Assembly: GCA_012295275.1 (NCBI GenBank)
Contig: CM022667.1
Coordinates: 13,268,001 to 13,332,000 of the forward strand
Source of the DNA: Chrysomallon squamiferum
Lineage: Eukaryota > Animalia > Mollusca
DNA length: 64,000 nucleotides
Direction of reading: 5' to 3'
The translations under genes and the position numbers were made by a program. The notes beneath the pieces are model-generated. The model made no database searches, was not told where the DNA came from, and was given only the letters and a program-made list of their open reading frames with translations. This document shows, in pieces, positions 57,753-64,000 of the stretch (positions are counted from its first letter, which is position 1; each line of letters begins with the position of its first letter).

Positions 57753-58090
57753 ATAATAAACATAGATCAAAATGTTTATAGCTATAAATCGATCCCCGAA
57801 GCTATCGTATTTCGTATATGTACTATAATATATATATTATACTCGATAATACATATAAAACATTATAAAAGAATTCTACAGTTATAAATTTCTCGAAGAT
57901 ACTTGATATGGGCAGATAGTGATGATATATGAACTATTTCTACGTAGCTGGGATCAGCGTAGATTAAGTTAATACATTAATAATGAATTGATAAACAGAC
58001 ACGCCAAGAGAATTCTAATTTGGTAATATGTGTCTGATCACATTTACAAAATGCTTGATCTATAGACACAGCCAGATCGATAAATCGTTT

Positions 58091-58210
58091 CAGTGGCGGA
58101 TCATCGGTATATTAAGGGGTGGGGAGAGCCTCTCTGAATGAAATTCATAATAGAGCTTATAAGATGATTATAATTTTTATATAATTTGACAATTAAGTGA
58201 ACAATAAATA

Positions 58211-58285
<75 letters not shown>

Positions 58286-58453
58286 GTGATAATAACAATA
58301 ACAGTAATAATAATAATAACAATAATAATAATATGTTACTAATAAACGAGAAGGGGTGATGACGTCGACAGTGATGATGATGATGATGATGATGATATTT
58401 AAAAACGTGAGGGAAGGAGATTTATAACGCCATACCCCTTAGATCCATTCATG
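58091..58453. mobile_element. Possible decayed hAT-type MITE
   Basis: Begins CAGTGGCGGATC...GGGG and ends CCCCTTAGATCCATTCATG, resembling degenerate TIRs; no TSD seen. Confidence 0.25.
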
Positions 58454-59095
58454 CTTCTTGTCATCCTTAAATTATTTTATTATTATTATTATTATTTTTT
58501 ATTTTTTTTATTTTTTTTATTGTTTTGTTTAACGTTCAGTTCAAAAACGCGTCGAAACACATTACCGATTCACGTATTACCGCCATGTACGTAATGTCGC
58601 GCTGTGCTTAATAAAAAAATCCTTTTGTTTCGCGAAACATTAAAGATTTATTTTTAATTACGCGCCCATGCACACCCATACAACAACGGCAGACCTGTCT
58701 TTTCCTGTCGCGTTGCTTTATCGCATAAATTATCTAATTCTTCGCGTTAAAAGCCGTTTGATTTGTATCGGATTAGCGGTTTCAGTTACACGGTTTTGGC
58801 AAACGCTTAAATAGGCTGCATATCTTAGGCGAAATAACTGAATCGTTTCGTGACATTTTATGACTGAGGGGGATTAATACAGATTAATAAAAATTTTATA
58901 AACAATTATTTTACAGTTACTCCGAGTCGTAAGGATGAATTACGAGTGTGTGTTAAGTATAAGACAGCCGTAAATTAAACTCTTGGATTTATTTATTTTT
59001 TGTTTTTGTTTTTTGTTCCTTCTTCTTCTACTTGTTTTACGTCTTGTGTATTCGTAAAGAAAATATTTACTAATATCAACAGGTTCCAACGTTAA

Positions 59096-59126
<31 letters not shown>

Positions 59127-60605
59127 AATTAAAAATCCTCAACGAATTCCGTTATCGATAACATTACTCAATGAATTTATATGAAGAAGAAAACATTGGT
59201 TGTGGATTCTGAAAGTTTTTATAAAATTGTTTCTCTATTGTTTCAAGTAATATTTTATTCTTGCTCATCTGTAAAAGGGTTTCTGCTTCGTTGTTAAATC
59301 TCAGTTCTGAGGTCTGACATGTCGCTAGATCGATCCTCCAGAGATCCACCAGTGATTAAAAATGGATGACGTAAATTTTGTATCCGTAACATATTAATAG
59401 TGGGTTTCTACTCTTTTCTTTTTATCCTTGTACACGGCGTCATAGAAAATATTTTGAAGGGCCATTTAATAAAATAGTTTTTTCTTCTACGATTATGTTA
59501 TTGACTAATACTATTAGCAATACTGCTACATCTAACACTAAGGCTACCATATTAATTAGTATGGTTGCGCTACTAATAAATATCTTCCCCTTTTCACTAA
59601 CACGGCGTATTTCATTTTTTTGTTATTGCTTTGGCTCCTTTCCTTGTTTTCCTCTGTCTTCTTTTTTATTTTTATTTATTTTTTAATTTGTCTGGTTGGT
59701 TTTGCTTTCTTTCCTTTTCTTTTACTCTCAGCGCATTTATTTGTTAACACTTCATAAACAGATCTTAAAACCAGCTCTTTGCTCTGTTGAACTCTTTAAA
59801 CTTCATAGAATATAAAAAAAAAAAAAAAAAAAAATAACCATCATTATTATCATTAAGGAGTGAATACGGTCATTTTCTGGCCTTTCAGTTTCAGCCAGTA
59901 TTAATAACGAAATGAATTCTGCAGGTTTGCTGATGTCTTTCAAACATAATACCTGCGTGCTGTGTGGACACCACATCCTTTTAGAATAAAACTGTCAATT
60001 AAGATGTCAAAGTGAGGCCAGCCTCTGCGATATACCCACCACAACACGATAACGTCACAATTCCTGACGTAAAGTCACGTAACTCTTGGTTACACACCAG
60101 ACGTCGAAAAGCGACCTCTATTCAAGCCTCGATTGTCACACATCGATGACACCTGAAAGTGGCTCCATCTGTCGGATTTCGGGCGCCATTGTGAAACAGT
60201 CGTTAAAGAAACTGTGCTTGTCAGACTAAAGAGGGATATTCAAATAAAAGTTTATTATGGCGTAAAACCACAAATATTTACTCCCACCAATACGTTATTT
60301 TTATCGGGTTCTGTTTGGCTGTTTTTATGTAGCTGACAAAAAAGAAAAGAAAGAAGAAAACGTAAATATTTCTAGCTGAAGTACTTAGGTTAACCTTTTA
60401 CTTACACATGTCTTTTTAAAAACGATTTCATTCACTGAGACATACATTAATACGTAAGTATATGTAAGTATGTAATTATCTGCAAATACACTTGAATATA
60501 TCCATTCATATATATATATATATGTACATACACCCTACGTATGTGGGTTCATTCATTCATACACCCACACCCACACCCACACCCACACCCACATAAATAT
60601 AAATA

Positions 60606-60636
<31 letters not shown>

Positions 60637-61050
60637 GCAAACAGAGATACATACGTACTACAGAGAACATAATACATATGCACACAGTGATACATGCATG
60701 CAAAACAAACACAGATACTGCATACATACATACATACAGATACAAATACATATACAGGAATGCGCGCTCTCACACACCTCATACACACATATACATACAC
60801 ACACTCACATACACACACACACAGACACACATATACACACATTATCCCAGTCTAAAATTTAAAATTAAGAATCATATTTAACTCATTAATTCTCATACAG
60901 TTAGAGATACTATTCAGATGGCGTCATAGCATTGTTGACGTCATAACATTGTTTACGTTTTGTAGTTTTGTACAATACAGGGTTATGTTGTATATTTTAC
61001 CTCTCGAGAAGAAAGACATGCATTATAAACGAACACCCAGATACAACTAC

Positions 61051-61081
<31 letters not shown>

Positions 61082-61592
61082 TGGTGATGATGAAAGTATA
61101 CGATATAACATCTTCACCGATGAACTTTAACGAAATCATTTGACGAAGTAACCACGGGCAGTTTGCCTCCATTTTGCACGTGTTTCGGAACGCGATCTCG
61201 CTGTATCACTTTCTCAATCGATGTGATCTTTCTCAGAAATCTCGGGAATGCTTCCAGCAGGTGACATACCTGTTTTACACGTGTCTTACACCGTTCAGAC
61301 AGTCAGCATGCGCGCGCTGTTGCAAGAATGCCATCTCCGTGTGTTAAGAACGCTATTTTCAAATCGAAACGGGCGGCAGTCGTGCACGTAGCAAAGAAAT
61401 GCCACAGTAAAGCGGATGTCTGTCTGGTGCACGGTAACAGGAACGCTGTCGTTATATTCGTATTGTAGGAGTTATTCAGAATAAATCTTTCAGAAGCAAT
61501 TTTTACCCGCCTATAGAAAAAGGAATTTTTTTTTTTTTTTTTTTTTTTACGTTAATTAGTTTATTTATTTATTTATTTATTTATTATTTTTA

Positions 61593-61663
<71 letters not shown>

Positions 61664-62629
61664 TTTTGTATTTATTTATTTTTTTTATTTTAAGACGGAG
61701 TTGTAGAACAAGATGTATCTGTATTGTTAAAAACCTCGTTTTAATAAATTATTTATGCTGAATAAGCCAATAAATCTGCCAAACCGAATTTGTTATTGTT
61801 TTTTTTCTTTGTTGTTGTTTTTTTTTTTTCTTAATTTATTACTAATCATAGATAAAAAACTACAATCTAAATTGCAACTTTCTTTTCAAATTAAAATTTT
61901 TTCGTTTTTTTTTTTTTTCCCGGAAGATAATCTGTATTAACATTTAAGGTAATTTCAAGCTAAATACAGTCACTTTCTTTTCTTTATTAGAAAAAAGAAT
62001 ACAACAACAAAACAACATACAAAAAAAAAAAAAAAAAAAAAAATCCAAAAAAAAAAAAAAGCCACAACAACAACAAACAAATGAATTAAAAAGCAAAGCA
62101 AACAAACAAACAAACCCAGTATAGCTAGACGCACCCGCTCAGACATAAACAAAACGTGAACATATTTGTACCCGAGACACCACGCATATCAGTTCTGTAT
62201 CTTACAGATATCGCATTGTTAGATATAAGTATAATACGATTATCATTTCAGAGGTGATGCTAATCGGATGAATATCAAAAGTGTTTCGGTACAAGGTGAA
62301 TCGACAGAGAATCAGACGAGAGCTTGAGAACGAACAGTCCAACATGACGTAAATGACAAATATTTTCAGTGTTAACTCTTTTCTGTGAGAAGATTTATTT
62401 AGAGAAAAATGTACTGATTGTGAATATATCTGTTACCTTTTTCATTATTATTCTGTTAATTTGTTTGTGTGTATCTTATACACATACATACACAATGTAG
62501 TTTAAGCTTTGGTGTTATCATCATCGTCGTCATTATCATTAACATTATTATTATTGTTATGATTGTTATTATTATTATTATTACTATTACTACAACTACT
62601 TCTACTACTGCTACTAATATATATATATT

Positions 62630-62705
<76 letters not shown>

Positions 62706-63187
62706 TACATTAGTTCACATTAGTGGCAAAGAGTGTGTGGGTGTGTGGGTGTGTGTGTGGGTGTGTGCTTGCGTGTATATAACTCTCTCCCACTTCCCCA
62801 TTCTCACTGCCACAAAACATACATTTCTAATTCACATAACCGAATTGTCACATACACTGTGTCCGTTAAACACGGTTCGCCTGTATCTCAAGTACCCCAG
62901 GTTCTATTGAACTTAGAGACCCTCTATATCTCGGACAAATCTTGTCTGGTTACTTTGATAAGAGGAAAGAGCAAAGGCTAAGATTTCTTATTGAAACTGT
63001 AATTGCATCAAAATAAACCGAACGACACTTGTAGTAATTTTCCATGATTGACAGCTCATACACACAATGCAGCCTCGTTTTCAATTCGAAGTCGTTTGAA
63101 ATGCTCTTAACCTTGACAGAAAACACATACTGATTAGAAATTGAATTGTCATCGTTATTCATTTAATTAATTAATTAATTAACTGTA

Positions 63188-63235
<48 letters not shown>

Positions 63236-63941
63236 GTTGTTGTAATCGTTGTTATTGTTTTTAACGATGCTTTTGTTATCGTTTTGTTTTTCTTAATATT
63301 ATTGTTATTGTTGTTGTTGTTGCGGTTATGATGGTAATGGCTATGATTATTACTGGTTTGCGAATATGAACAAGAATAAACAGAAGAAAATGAACCCAAA
63401 ATTTATGTAAGATAAGTCTCTGACGATTTCTCACATTTGTGTTAAACAGTCTCTGTGGTGCAAATCACTTTCAGATAAACCCGCAGTCTGCATCAACTTA
63501 ACCGATTTGATTAAAATTTCAAAACAGTTTGCATTATCTAAGGTTAAAAGTGCAGAATACCGTCTATAAATAAAGTATCATTTGATTAAAGCTTTTTAAG
63601 GAGTAAAAATATTAAAGCCTATTCTTTTTCTCTGTCCTGGTTTGTCATTATCTGGTTATATATCTAACCACCCATCCATTCATTTATTCATCCATCCATC
63701 CTTCTCTCTCTATCTATTATCTGTCTATCTGTCTATCTATACCTGTCTATCTCTCTGTCTATCTGTCAAGTTCTTTTATATATCAACCTATCTATCTGTC
63801 TGTCTGTCTGTATGTCTGTGTATCTAACTGCCTACCTGTAGCTCTTTAATTATCTGTCTTTCTCTCATTATTTCGTTCTTATTCATTTACTCTCTCTCTG
63901 TTTTCTTTTTCTTTCATTCTGTCACATTCACACACGCGCGT

Positions 63942-63977
<36 letters not shown>

Positions 63978-64000
63978 CCTCTCTATCTCTGCTTGATTTT

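Overview
AT-rich, microsatellite-saturated animal genomic DNA, probably an invertebrate; a mollusc-like origin is inference only. Almost all ORFs in the supplied track are simple-repeat artefacts. One protein-coding gene is supported: a + strand mitochondrial-clan cytochrome P450 most similar to the CYP27 family. Eight GT-AG exons (16899-17089, 17698-17897, 19928-20128, 21011-21180, 22289-22531, 23083-23239, 23595-23638, 23924-24034) splice into one open frame of 438 aa plus stop. I found no first coding exon (presequence plus Pro-rich motif); it probably lies upstream of the window, implying a first intron over 16.9 kb. The remainder is non-coding, with discrete CpG-rich islands carrying CTCF-, ETS-, YY1- and CRE-like motifs. 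Notable features are a 168-bp, 97%-identical inverted pair bracketing 9.3 kb, a miR-124-like 21-mer in a weak hairpin, a minisatellite grown from a splice junction, and an ACGATTATCGATA array behind the gene. The sequence alone does not demonstrate a new biological system.
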